Part shown: one piece after another, positions 38,281 to 51,528 of the stretch
How the letters are laid out: every line of letters begins with the position of its first letter
How positions within the stretch are numbered: the stretch's first letter is position 1
NCBI RefSeq assembly: GCF_009834535.1
Contig: NC_045697.1
Location: 100,256,001-100,320,000 of the forward strand
Length of the DNA stretch: 64,000 bases
Source: Camelus ferus
Taxonomy: Eukaryota
Direction of reading: 5' to 3'
Position numbers and translations under genes: made by a program
Notes under the pieces: generated by a model
What the model was told of the DNA's origin: nothing
The model's database searches: none
Seen by the model: only the letters and a program-made list of their open reading frames with translations

Positions 38281-38666
38281 TCTGTATATGTTTGTGTGTG
38301 TATCTAATGTGTGCATGCAAGGAGGAGCCTAGTGTGATGTCAAAGATTCTGGGCTTCGCTTGCCACGCTCCCTCCCACGGTTTCTCTTTACGGGCAGCAG
38401 CGACCCCTGCCGGGTCTCATTTTCAACCCAGTCTGAGACTTGGTCCAGTTGGAGGCAAAAGGGGAAGCGATCCCTTGACCCATGAGGAGAGGAACAACTT
38501 CCTGCGTCTTAAATGTAGAGAAATGTGTGTGTGTGTGTCTCGCAAACAACACTACCACTTGCAGGAGGAACTGCAGTGAACCCCCTAATTATCCATCCTA
38601 CGGCCAACAGGGTAAGGCTAGTTGTTAGCGACGTCCTTCCAACACCACGCCTGGAATTCCTAGGGC

Positions 38667-38802
38667 AGTGACTATCAAACTTCAGTGAACATCAGCATCA
38701 CTTGAGGGTTGTTCAAACTCAGACTGCTGGGTCCTGCCGCAGTTTCTCATTCAGTACATGAGAATATGCTTTTCTAGCAAGTTCCCTGGTGGTGACCACT
38801 CT
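38667..38802. mobile_element. MER5A-like hAT-Charlie element
   Basis: cagtgactatcaaacttcagtgaacatcagcatcacttgaggg...tctagcaagttccctggtg. Confidence 0.65.
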
Positions 38803-39849
38803 GTTAGGATGAGCATAGAAATAGGCTTCTTTCTTCCCATCTGGCAGTAAACACGTGACGTTTGTTTCCCTATAGAATGAGTGTTTTCTAACTCTGTTTT
38901 AAAAAAAAAAAAAGGAATTGGGTGAGATATTTCTTTACTGTGCTTATTCTGGTTGTCATGACGGGTAACCGAGGATTTAGGGCATCAGTGGTAAGGCAGG
39001 TTTGTTAGGATTATTATTGTTTACAGTGTATTCTCTAGTTGTGCACAGAGATCACAACTAGTCAACAGAGAGGACAGCCCCTCTAGAGTAGTGTTTTTAA
39101 AACGGTGACACAATACAATTCATTGCCTATTGAATGTTTGAGTGGGTGTTATCTTTTCACACCAACAGTTTCCTTGGCTTGAAATACCTGCCATATAAAG
39201 TCTCAAAAAACAATTTTCATGTTGGTTCTCAGTTACCCACATTGTACTGCCCAACTGGCACTCTTTCAGAGAACCCAGGAACCAATTCATGATGAAGATT
39301 AAAGTCCACCTTTTCCCAAGGACCTTAGTAAGTTTACCAAAACCTGTCCATCAGCACAGCTTCCCTTTCTCCAGAGGCAGTACAAACGGCTGGCAGCTGT
39401 TAGGGGAGAGCAAAGAATCCCAGCTCTACCCAAATTAGAAGCAGGCACAAGAAGAACTACTTAGAAGAATTTGTCTCTTTGGTATTGGATGTGCTGGATT
39501 TGTGTGTTTCCCTAACATTCATTTTAGTAAAGAGGCTTCTAGGCAATTGGGACAGTGCTTTTTATAGTGCCTGATGCCAAGAAGGCAGAAGTGGAGATTG
39601 CTTGGCTGCTGGTTCCTGAACCACCAGAGATCTGAGAGAGGAGTCCATTAGCTAAAAACCCCCAGTGAAGTTCTGTACAGATGCCTTAAAACCAAAGTGG
39701 TTCCCCAAATTTCTCTATCCCTTAGCGATTTTTCTTCAGCCACAAAACTTAGTGAATCTGTGTCATTAAGAATGCATGATGTGTAGTTGATTTACAATGT
39801 GTGTCGATTAGAAAATTTAAAAAAAAATTTAAGATCATATTTTATAAAA

Positions 39850-41190
39850 CAAAAAATTAGCAGCTGAAGAGATGGAAAGATCCAGGAGGTAGCATCCTAG
39901 CTGGGAGATGGATTAATTACAGGGGCACTGGGCAAATAAGTAAAATAGTATAATAGGAGCCAGAGTTCTTAGCGTTGGAGGAGGAATTTGTAAATATGGA
40001 ATGAAAGAACACTATAAAGAACCTCGTGGTGTTGGATTCAAAATGAGTGTGGAATCATGATATATGTACACATACATACACCATATATATTTTCATTCAG
40101 AGTCTAGAAGCAATGGACATATCAGGTGGCCAGAAGAGCTTGGTTTCTAAATACAATCCTCCATTAAATGGAACCAGGGCTGATTCCAGGGCTTAGGCTG
40201 GGAAAGTACAAAGAGAGTTGGAACCTCCTGTAGGAAGTACTCAAAGCATGATGGGAACCTGCCAAAAGGAAACATAAGTCAGCTGGAAGGAGCTCTCACT
40301 GGCCAAATCTGGGACAATTTGTGCATCAAAATAAATAATGATAGTAACTGATTACAACATACTGGATAAAACGGGAATCCATGCTAATATAAGTGAATAA
40401 AATAAATAATCATTGAATAAATAAATGGAAAATAAGGGACAGCTCTTCCTTATGGAAGAAGGCTACCTAATAAGATTGATGGAAATAATAAGTCACCATT
40501 TGGCAGTGTTGGTTGATTCTGGCAGGAGTTCTCAATGGAGGCTAAGGCTGGTGGGTGGGTGTGTGATGTGAAGCACGACGTTAGCCTAGTCTTAAAGTAT
40601 CTTCTGAAAAGTACTTATTGACAACAGGGTGGGAAATGGTGAATTTATCAAAGAGAACTCTGGGAGACACCAAACTGACCAGGTGATCAAGATTAGCATC
40701 ACCATTAGGGAACGAGTCACATCATGTGCCTCCTGATGTGATATGCTGAGCAGAGCACAGCATCTTTTCTGCTGCATCCTGCTAAGGGTGCACGGCCTGA
40801 GCCTGGACGTGGGGAAACACTGGATGGACACAGGGTGAGAAGCCTCTTACAGAATGAAAGGTCTGTATTCTTTAAAACTCTTAAGCTTATGAGAGACAGA
40901 GAAAGAAAGAAAAGCCATTTGATTCAAATTGAAGGGGACTTAAGAGATATGACAACTAAATGCAACAAACAATTCTGTATTGGCTCCTGGACCAGATAGG
41001 AAAAATAAAAAGTTGTCAAAACACAAATGAGATCTGTGGATTGAATGGTAGTGTCTTACAAATGCTGATTCCCTGATCTGGATGTTTTTATTGTAGCTAT
41101 GTAGAAGAATGTCCTTGGGCGGGAGATACGTATGCTGAAGTATTCAGTAGTGATGAGGTATTCTGTCTTCACCTTGATCTTAAATGGTTC
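39850..41190 (+). mobile_element. Old L1 (L1MC-type) 3' region
   Basis: ggccaaatctgggacaatttgtgcatcaaaataaataatgatagtaa; aggggacttaagagatatgacaactaaatgcaac; ctcctggaccag. Confidence 0.75.
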
Positions 41191-41379
41191 AGAAAAGAAT
41201 AGTGATAATCTCTAACATCTTGGTTTCTACTCGTCATTATGTCAGAGAAGCTGAAATCCAGTTCATGATAAAAAGTCCACTTTGGGGGTGGGAGGGTATT
41301 CATTTGTTTCCAGCCTTGCACTGGTGGTTCTCCTTTAGCACAATGCTCTTTTTTCCCGATAGCACTGCTGGAACCCGAG

Positions 41380-42140
41380 CACTGAGCTGGGTATACAGCA
41401 GGGAATCAAACAGATAAGGTTCTTGCTTTCATGGAATTTACATTTTGGGGTGGAAGAAACAAGAAAAATTAACTTTTAGATTATGCCAGGTAAAAACAAG
41501 TGTTATGAAGAAAAAGGCAGCAGAGTGAAGGAGGGTGACGTATTTTATAGAAGGTGCTGTTTTACATCCGGATCAGCTGCTCTGATGAGGTGAATTTGGA
41601 ACAAAATACTGAAAGAAGCGAGGGGCCCATGTGTGTACTCAGGGCAGTGGCTGCAGTAGGAAGAGGGCACCATAAATATAGTGGCCCGGAAGTGAGATTG
41701 CATTTGGTGTGCTTGGAGAATGGCAAAGAAGCCAGTGAGGATGGAGAGGAGTGAGACAAAGATAGAGTGAAGGAGATGAGATCACAGAGATGAGAGGTAG
41801 ATCGTAAGGGGTCTTGTAGTCCAGGCTAAGAATTCTCTTGGATTTTATTCTGAGATAAGAAACACCTTTGGAGAGTTTGATGAAGGGAAGTCACATAGTC
41901 TGACACGCAGACTGTGCATCTTTGAACGTTTATTTTGACTGTATTGGAGCCAGGATGGAAGCAAGGAGAACAAACAGGAACTATAACCTTAATTTGGAAA
42001 CAGAAGGTAGTGACTTATGCCAAGAAGGTGGCAATGAACATGGTGCGAAGTAATTGGATCCTTGATATATTTTCAAAATGGAACAGACAGTATTCTCTGG
42101 TGCATTTGAAATGGGGTATGAAAGAAAGAAAGGATTCCAG
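41380..42140 (-). mobile_element. LINE-2 fragment
   Basis: ttcttgctttcatggaatttacatt...tttggagagtttgatgaagggaagtcacatagtctgac. Confidence 0.65.
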
Positions 42141-43354
42141 AAGGACCTGCAACTAGCAAGGGCAGGAGGGGTGGGGGGCTTTGATTACTTGAAGTCTGAC
42201 CCCAGGCTAAGGTCTTAAGGGCTGTCCTGTTGCCTTGGTATCCTCTTTGTCTTATCTGTTCACCAGCTTGTTCATTAACTTGACTCTGACTCGTAACTTC
42301 AATTCATTTGCCTCTGGCAAATTTCTTTGTTCACTTCAACTCTCCAGAAGTCACTTCTACCTCATTTATATTTTCAAAGCCAATTTCCCATGCTACACTG
42401 GTGGGCTGTATTACTCCTCTGAGACCACATACTAGCTCTGCAAGCAAAGTAGAAGAATGTTGAGTCCACCAATCCCTGTAACTTCTGATGCAGGTCCTGC
42501 AGATGGAAAGGGAAGGTTGTGGGGTTTTTTTTTATTTTTTATATTTTGGAGAGTGTGCCTGAAACTAATGATATTTATTTCGTCACTCTTTGTTCCTTTA
42601 CTAACTTCTCAAATTTCAGAACAGGATACTTTGTTAAAAAATAATCTTTCTTTTTCTTTTTTTGCTCTTTTGAATTATCAAGTGAGTTCTACTTATTTCA
42701 GTCTTTGATATAATTTTGACATATAATTTGGGCTTCTTTACCTTTTTTATTAGCCACAACCCTTCCAAACAACTTTATGTCATGAAATTTTTTGAATAGA
42801 TGTGGGAAGTCAGCCTAGAAAAATTCACTTGGGACTTGAGCCAAAACCAGCAAAAACTTTTCCATCACAATCCATCTCTTTCTTTTTCTTTTTCTTAATC
42901 ATTTTTTTCATATGGTTGTTCAAATTTTGTTCTAAACTATTACTTTTCATTGGGTATATATTTTTAAACTGGCTTCTTTTCTTTTTGTGTCCCTTTTAAG
43001 ATCATCTTGTCCTCTTTCACCAGAAACCTGGGATGGGGATGGATGTATCTACAGGCCAGTTCAGAGAATTGCATGCTGACTGACAGTAACAGCTGTTGCA
43101 CACAAGCAGCTTTAAACTGTACGTTGTCAAAATTACCAGAGGGGAGAGAATCCAAGCACTCTTCCTGCCCTTGTATAGCTGGCTGTTTAGAAGGATGCTT
43201 TTTATGAATAGTTTCCCATTTACAATGAAGCGCATTCCCACAGGACTGGTAAACAACAATCAGCACAGTTGCGGGAGATAGCCTTAGGAAGGTGTCAGGG
43301 TTTTAATCCCAGCTGTGTGCCTAATTTGCTATTTAGGTCAAGCCTGCAGGATGA

Positions 43355-43539
43355 CTACTCATTCATTTTGGCATCCAGGGGAAGTGGTTCCAGGAGCCGC
43401 TGCCAGATACCAAAATACGAGGATGCTCAAGTCCCTTATATAAAACGGTGTAGTACCACGAATACAGTCAGCCGTCCGTATCTGCAATTTTTGAATCTGT
43501 GGATTCAACCAACCTGCAGATAGACAAGGCAGAGTGTAC
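43355..43539 (+). mobile_element. MER2-type (TcMar-Tigger) non-autonomous element
   Basis: ggttccaggagccgctgccagataccaaaatacgaggatgctcaagtcccttatataaaacggtgtagta matches MER2-like sequence. Confidence 0.75.
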
Positions 43540-44100
43540 ATTTGATACTAATTCCTAAATGTCCATTGAGCTATAGTCCCACAGACCTGTTGCAAGGTTA
43601 CGGCATCAACTATTTTTCCATTGACTGATTCTCTCACCACATGGTAATCTCACTGGTAAGGAACAAAGGATAGAAAATAACATCTCTTTATTCTTTCCCC
43701 ATAAGCCTGGCCCTGTGCTAGTTTTCATATGCATCGTCTAGTCTGAAATCTTGCCACAGTGCTGCCAGTGACTCCCGTGGACACTCACGCCAGTCCCGTC
43801 TGAGTCTATTTTCTCTCCTGTAAAGTGAAGGTGTCAGAATTGATGATTTCAACAGACCTCCCCCCTCCTTCAGTGGATTTAATGATTCTCTTAATCAAGG
43901 TCACACTGGGGAAGCCAGCCACTCAGTACACTTGACAGAACAGGCTTCCTCTCTCTGGAAATGCTCCCCTCTTTGACGGAGTGTGATAAGAATGAAGCTT
44001 AGCAGAAGGTGACACCAGCTTGGCCAGCCAGTTCATTCTGTTCTACCATGGAGAGCATTGGGGTGACAAGGGTCAAGGAGAGTTCCCCCTCACATTCATT

Positions 44101-44133
44101 ATCACCACCACCACCACCATCATCATCATCGTC
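44101..44133. repeat. Compound (CAC)n(CAT)n trinucleotide repeat
   Basis: atcaccaccaccaccaccatcatcatcatcgtc. Confidence 0.85.
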
Positions 44134-44299
44134 AATCTCACTACTGAGCTGATCAGTTTCACTTTAAATTGGTGACGGAAATCTCATACTGGCCCTTCCA
44201 ACAGCGCTGCACTGTTTCTCCGGTAGGTTCACTTTTCCACACCCCTTTGACTAGTTTATAGCTTTCCTCTTGGCACACTTTCTACGCACTTTTTAGTTT

Positions 44300-45800
44300 C
44301 TTACTTAGTTTACCATCTCACCTCAAATTTGATTAGAAAAAAGAGGCCTTCCGAATCAAATTCCTCATCTTCCCACCACCTAATCAAGAAGCAATCCAGT
44401 TTTACCCCCATTTTATCCTTCCGCATTGTTTAAATGAAGAAAAAAATCCTCCTGCCTATCAATGCCCACACCCCACTTTTGCTTAGAATCTTGTCCCCCT
44501 TTGCTTTGCCAAGGACTTGGCTTCTGGGACTGTCGCCTCCCTCTCCCACGTCATTCATCACTTCCTTTTAACTGGAGTATCCAAACAGCACACAGACATG
44601 CTCAAGTATCACCCAGAATAAACCTTTCCTACTCTTCCTACTCCTACCTCCTTTCTTCTCTCTTTTTAGAGCAAAATTTTTCAAAAGTGTTAGCTATCGA
44701 GACTGTCCCCCCATTCCATCCTCCACCCGCTATATTCTGTCTTCTGCCCAGATCACTCCCTGAAATGTCTCTGGCCTCCAATGACCACTGATTTGCCAAA
44801 TCCAATGGAAACATTTCTGCCCTCACTTTATGCAACGTCTCAGTAACACTTGACATGGTCGACCACAGCCGCCTGCTTGAGATGCTCTCCTCTCTTGATT
44901 TCCTCAGAACTATTCTTTTGGCTCCTCAGTCTGACGTGTAAATGTTGGGTCCCCTAGGGCTCTGCACCTAAGGGTTCCTAATGATCCCAAGGGTTGCTGT
45001 GGCCCTTTTCTTCATTTTGTACTCTGTTTAGGTGATCTGTTTCCAGTTTTAGGTACATCGTCTTTGATACCTGATGATAACAGGTGATTCATGAATCTAT
45101 TTTCTTGGAGCCTCAAACTCACTTATCATCTCATTGCCTAATTTACATGTGCGTGTTGATGATTTATGGACATCACAAAAGTAATCTCTCAGACTCTGAG
45201 CTCCTAGTTCCTCCCATTCTCGTGTTCGTCACATAGAGATTGGCACTATCACCCACTCAGGGACTCAAGCCAGGAGTTCTGCTTGATTCCTCCCTTTTCC
45301 TCACCACTGCCCCCAAACCACCCATAGATCTGATCCATCAGCCAGTTCCATTAAATCAATCTTGAAAAACTTGTAAACGTATTCTCTCCTCTGTATCTCC
45401 TCTGTTACCGCCCTAGTCCAGTCTACCGGCCCTCCTAGCAAGATGAATATTGTAGTCTCCTAACTGGACTGAGGCTTCCCTCCTCCATGGGACACAACAC
45501 AATAGTTACAGTGAATTTTAAATGTAAATTTGATTGGGATAGACACCCCCAAACCCACCTCATTCAGTGATTCCATGACTTTCGTGAACTGTCCCTGCCT
45601 TCTTTTCAGGCTGGTACCCTCCTCTCATCACCTCAGATGCTCAAATGAGACAAACTTTAGTCCCATTCTCCTCAGGACATTTGCACATGCTATTCCCTGT
45701 GTCTAAAATGCACTTCCCTTACCATTCACAGGGCCACTGCTTCTTCATTTGCTTTTAGACGCCATTTTCTTAGAGATACTTCCCCTGACCACCTTTCCTA
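44300..45800 (+). mobile_element. LINE-2 fragment with degenerate RT remnants
   Basis: Near 44835 it reads NVSVTLDMVDHSRLLEMLSSLDF (compare L2 RT DLSAAFDTVDH.LLLE.LSSLGF); gtcccctagggctctg resembles the VPQGS motif. Confidence 0.75.
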
Positions 45801-47789
45801 GAAAAAAAAAAAAATCCGCCTTCAATTATTATCTTCCTCAACCCTTGGGGGAAAAATAAAACTTGTGGAAGGGAAACCAAAAATCCTCACCAGATTGCGG
45901 GTATGTGGGGCTTATCCTTTTGTGAAGAACTCTCACCACTGTTTGCCCAGATAAGACTTTGTGATCTGTAATTCGACATGCATTTGCTCAAAAGCCATCA
46001 TTCCAAACACATAATTCTGATCCTCACAGCACGTAGCTGACCAGCCTCTCCAATCCACTTGCCAGCAGCTGTGGCATGTTGACAAAGATTGAGTTTGTTG
46101 AAGTATTCTCCAATTGGCAATTGTCATACTCTATACAGCCACTTTGGAGTCTGGTACTCAGTGATCCTTTGCTTTGGAGGAGCCCAGTCCCATTGTTTAG
46201 AAATGAGCATGAATTCTATGCAGATTGTCTCCATGTCAGACTTTGTGGACGATTAAGCTCAATTTTCCAGTTGACGTTCCTGTATGCTTTTAGGAACATG
46301 AATATGCTTAGACTCCAGAAAATTTAGGGCATAGATGATTCCTTCCTTCAGTGACAAAAGACAGGGATGGGATGATTATATACACTTTTTTTTTTTCCAT
46401 CAGAGGAAATGTAGGAAAGGAATATTTATTTACTTTGGGCAATATTTTCTACAGGGCTACTTGGTTCTTTCCTAAATACTAGAAATAAGTGTTGTGAAAG
46501 CAGGGACCCTGTCCATCTTCCAAAAGCTTAGAAAGGACTCACATATAGTAGATTCTCAATAATAAATAATGAAAGGAAAGAAAGAGGAAGGAGGAACAGG
46601 TAAACTAATCAGTCAAGGAAACCCCAGTAATGAGAAATGCTACTTCAGCTAAGCATTTAAATTTGGTAATAGAATATTTATATCCATAGGACTGAGCAAC
46701 ATATCCTCTGGCCTTAACCTTAAGTGTGGAGATTCCTCTAAGGTCCGGGTTGAAATGCAATCCTGGTCATTTAAAGACATTTATTTCACACTTGTATTGC
46801 ACCTAGTCCAGTAAAACAATTGGTATTGATTGACAAAATCAAATACAATAGAAAGTAGGCTAATTTAAAGTAAACAAGTAGACTAACTAAATCAAAATGA
46901 GTAGAAAGAAAAATGTGACCAGCACAGGAGTATATTAATTACTGCTCTTGAGTGCTGAATTTGGTCAAAATTTCCTAATAAGGCATAAAAAGAAACATAT
47001 TGGATTAAGTAGTTTTTTCTTTGTGTGATTAAAAAAATGAAGACAACTTGTCTTTAGAGATACATGTTTTCCTTATAACTGATTTCAGTATATTCACATT
47101 CATTGTGATTGTCATTATAACATGGTAATCACTGTGTCTAACCACATCTTTGCAAAAAGCACAATCGTGTTCAAATGGGCATTTCTACCCTTTATAAAAT
47201 TCAAAGGAAAGCATTAAAACATAATGCAACAGAGGCATTTCTGTGGAGCATAAAAACCAGAGATAATAAGCATTCATACAAAGTAGGAAGGCTAAAATTC
47301 ATTTGTGTACAGTGCATAGGACAGTGATTTCCTATAGCAAACACTATACAGATATTAACTGACTGCTATAACTTATTACCACTTCTGCTATCACACCTTC
47401 TTATCAGGCATTATCGAGGACCCTAACATGTAATGATGATCTATAGTAGGAAGTATTCCTGTCTATTAAAGCAGACAGTTGGCAAGGGCCCACTCCAAGA
47501 GAGAAAAACAGAAATACATAATCATATACATATACAAACACATATATGTGTGCATGTGTGTGTGTGTTATCTAACTTTCTAGCTAGCTATATAAGTCATT
47601 TTGGAGATTTAAAAAAATTTAAGCTCAGATACAGGTATTTGATTAGATTTAGTGAGAGTATAAAATCTGGGTAATTTTCAGATTTTGAGTCACTTTACCC
47701 TTAATTTTTAATTCTCAACTCACATCCTCAGATTTACTGGTGATGGCAGTTATCAAAGAAAGGACAGTCAAATCATTTCATTTAGGCCA

Positions 47790-47980
47790 GATCTCAAACT
47801 TTGGAATAAATCAACATTCTCAACTCTGGCTTCCTACTAGAATCACCTAAGAAGTTTTTATTTTTATTCTTGCATAGTATCTGAGATTTGGATTCAGTTG
47901 ACCTGGGGTGGAGCGCTAACAATGGTAATTTTAACAGCAACTCAGGTGCTTCTTATGTGTGGCCAGGTTGAGAACCATAG
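47790..47980. mobile_element. MER5-like hAT fragments
   Basis: tagaatcacctaagaag...gattcagttgacctggggtggagc...ggccaggttgagaacca. Confidence 0.55.
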
Positions 47981-48430
47981 ATAATTTGAATAATATGGGG
48001 AAAAAAGGTGAGGATTTTTAAAAATTGATGAATAATAACAATTATACCTTAATTCTCACCTTAGGCCGTGTTTATAAGTAGCTAAATAATTTCCTCTCCT
48101 GAATGTTGCCTAAATTAGTTGTCTTATGTAAGTTGCTCAATGGCAAATAAAACTGTGTAGAATTTAAATAGTTTGTGAAATATTATTAGGGTGACCAAAA
48201 AAACCACTGGCCTAGAAAGAAACACATACAAATTGAGTTATGAATATTTTCATTTAACATGAATAAGGTAAAACTAATAAAAGTAGGCAACACGCAGAAT
48301 ATTGTGAAGTCTAGTTTAATATGGGGCAAGTTAATAAAGAAACATAAAGCTATTATAAAGACAATTTTAAAATAAGGGAACCCAACAGGCTATATAGTGA
48401 AAATATACATGGGTCGTTTCCAGTGAACAG

Positions 48431-48468
48431 GAGTGAGTGAGTGAGTGTGTGTGTGTGTGTGTGTGTGT
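48431..48468. repeat. Compound (GAGT)4(GT)n microsatellite
   Basis: Direct reading. Confidence 0.9.
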
Positions 48469-49969
48469 ACATGCACACGTGTGTTCTTATGAGCAGTATA
48501 GTTGACCTTTTATCAGAGTAACTGCTGTGGGCCAGACAACAATTTACAGCTTATCTCAACTCTTGCTGTATTTTTGCATGGCTGCACTATACAGAATAAT
48601 CTTTAAAACCAAGTATGACCAGAAGAAAAAGAAAAAGCTCATTTTCCGGGGTATAGGCAAGAAAGAGCAGACAGAAACTGTATCAATTGCACAACCCGTC
48701 TTTTCACTCAAGATAGAAGTCTCTCGTGAGTCAGGCCCTACTTGGATGTCTGTATCTTACGGAAGATCCAATGCTCAGGTTCTTCCATGGTTCAGGTTTC
48801 CAACTTTTATATCTCCTGGAGATTTCAAGAAGTCACGTTGTGTCTCAGGGTATCGCTGTGCCAGGACGGATGTAACATCAACCACAGCTGCTTCGGGAGG
48901 TGCCTGGGGTTCAGAGATTTTCAGAGTCCCACCACTTCTACCTCCTGCTCACTGGGACATAACCAGCTTCTCATTGGTCCCTTTCCCTGATGTATCAGAA
49001 GGGAGAACTCAACTTTACTGGTTAAATCTTTCTAGGTCTCAGGAAGAGGAGATGTGATATAACCAACAATGAGATTTACTACTTTATATTATGTAAGGAT
49101 TCACATTTAATGACTCGGAAACAAGGTTGGTTCTGTTGACTAAGTCAAAGTAATTTTTAAATTCATGTTACATTATGGACCCAAATAATAGAGACTTTGG
49201 CTCTGTTTTCTTGGGGAGGAAAAATGTCTGCAGGTGAAACATTCCTTATACAGAATGAAACCTTCTTCAACAGTTTTTATCCCAACCCCCATTATGATAG
49301 GATAATGAAAAAATAATTGCTTAATTGAAGAAATGTTCACAACCCCATTCATAGAATTTTAATTCCATTCTTTAGGAAAAGGGGTCACTTGTGGGTGTGA
49401 TCAAGTAATATGAATCAACCCCGATAGTTGACTCATGTTTTTTAAATTTATGATTAATCATAAATTAATATGATTTAATTCATATTAAACACATAAAAGT
49501 ATGTGTTTGGCCATCTTCTCATTTATGAAATGGGGCTGCCCCCTTGAATCATAGCCAATAACTTCTGTAATTATCAGCAATATGGCACATAAAAAAACTC
49601 GCTGAGGGTGTAATGCAAGGATAAAAATATCAATATTTGGGATGGGACTGTACACTGCTCCTTACACAAAGTTGCCATTGGACATTAGCCAAAAGTTGGA
49701 GCCCTCTTAGACATGAGACTTACCAAACAGCCCGGCTGGCCCCTGTCTTGTAGGTCCTACGTCCTACATAGGGCAACTGTCTCATCTAATCCAAGAGAAC
49801 TACACAATCTGTTGGAGGTTTAAAGAATCAATAAATAACACCCCCTTTCCACCCTCAAGCTTAGAACAAATTGAGAATATAGACAAGGACTCAGGCAGAT
49901 GGAGGTAATATATTTGCTTCATGACTGATAATAATAGTAATAGTTCTTTGGAGAATTTGACTATATTTG

Positions 49970-50385
49970 TTATGATAAGTAATCCTGTTTTGTCAACAAA
50001 CCAACTCTAAAATCTCTGTGGCCTAATACAATAAAAATTTCTTGTTCATGCAAAATCCAATAAGGATATTCCTGCTTGGCAGGCAGCCTTCAACATGGTC
50101 ATTCAACGACCTTTCATAATGTGGCTCCATTATCCCCGAGGGTTTTAGAGTACTCTGCTGAATGAAGTCTCTGTCTGGCCAATAGACTGAGAAGAGTGAG
50201 TGAGAAAGAGTACACAGGAGGTTTCTATGTTCCTCTACTGGACAGAAGTTCAACTCACATTCCATTGTCTAGAACTCAGTCACATGGCCTCAGCAGACAC
50301 TAAGGAAGATTGGGAGAGAGGGAAATTCAGCTCTATGTCCACAAGGTAGAGAAAATGGATTTGGGTGGAAACACAGCAGTCTTGG
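49970..50385 (-). mobile_element. Old MaLR LTR (MLT1I/J-like)
   Basis: aaaatctctgtggcctaatacaataaa; cacattccattgtctagaactcagtcacatggcc. Confidence 0.6.
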
Positions 50386-50689
50386 CCAAAGTAAGTAAAT
50401 CTCAGGCTCACTAATACTTTCTCCCTGAATGAAGGAGACTTACCCGTAAAAACAATAGAACTTCCCTGCAGGATAGAATCTGCCTCAGTTTACAGCACAG
50501 CTGAGAAAGGCTTAGAGTGCACCCTCTCTGTAGGCAGGCAGATTCCAGAGGGAGAGGAGGAAAGGGTGGATTGAACATTCCTAATCCTTCCAGCCTCATC
50601 AATCAAAGTGGGAAAAAGAGAATCCAGGAGTGCTGCTCTAGGAAAATCATCCACTTGGAAATATGATCCTTTATTCTGTACCGGCCCAG

Positions 50690-51528
50690 CCTTCCTTACA
50701 CAGCTGCTTGAGCAGTCCTGTTAAACACAAGTCAGATGGAGTCACTCCTTTGCTCAAAATCCCCCAGTGACACTCCATCTCACTCAGGATCAAACGCAAA
50801 GCTTTTAGAATGGCCTGTCTGGCCTTTCAAAACTGTCTCCCACACTCAACATCCCTCCATCCCTGTCCCCATTGCTCCTTTGACATCATCCTTGCTCCCT
50901 GCACTCTGGTCACACCCATCTCCAAGCCGTTCCCAAGACAGATCACATTTGTTCTCACTGCACGGCCTCTGCACGGGCTGTTCCCCTGGAAAGCTGTTCT
51001 CCGAGGTATCCACACAGCTCACCCCCTCACCTCCTTCCAACTTTGTTCAAAACTTAGGAGTCTGGGATTAATAGATACACATTACTATATATAAAATAGG
51101 AAAACAACAAGGACCTACTGTTATAACACAGGGAACTATATTCAGTTTCTTGTAATGAGCTGTAATGGAGAAGAATCTGGAAAAAATATATGTATAAATA
51201 TGTATGACTGAATTGCATTGCTGTACACATGAAACTAACATTGTAAATCAACAACAATAAAAAAAAGAATTAAAAAGAAAAACTTTTGCTTCCCTGATCA
51301 CTCTATTAAAAACACACTCCCCCTCACCCACTTCCTCTCCTACTCTTTTTCCCCAACCATTTAACATAGAAGACAGTTGGCTTTTGTTTATTGTCTTTCT
51401 TGCTCTCTCCCTCCCTCATGAGAATGTAAATTCTGAGACAGCAGGGATTTTCATCTATACTCCAGCACCTCAATTAGTTCCTGGAATATAGTATGCACTC
51501 AATAAATAATTTTGGAGTGAATGAATGC
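50690..51528 (+). mobile_element. LINE-2 3' part, interrupted by an L1 3' end at 51056-51278
   Basis: gtcactcctttgctcaaaatcccccagtg...; resumes with agaatgtaaattctgagacagcaggga...gcactcaataaataattttggagtgaatgaatg. Confidence 0.75.
51056..51278 (+). mobile_element. L1 3' end with 7-bp TSD
   Basis: aggagtctgggattaatagatacac...caataaaaaaaa; TSD aaaactt (51049-51055 and 51279-51285). Confidence 0.9.

Larger units (their letters stand above)
36500..38420. promoter_or_regulatory. RNF150: CpG island covering the RNF150 promoter, 5' UTR, exon 1 and start of intron 1
   Basis: Very high GC and CpG density (core about 37050-38270) against a CpG-depleted, AT-rich background; no obvious TATA box. Confidence 0.92.

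Noticed and set aside
37066..38579. Several long ORFs (104-328 aa) on both strands across the CpG island
   Set aside because: Arg/Pro/Gly/Ala-rich translations with no recognisable domain, expected from stop-codon scarcity in GC-rich DNA; they are shadows of RNF150 exon 1 and its UTR.
48527..49057. 176-aa ORF upstream of RNF150
   Set aside because: Non-ATG start, no recognisable domain or exon structure; a BLASTp or PhyloCSF signal would be needed to rescue it.
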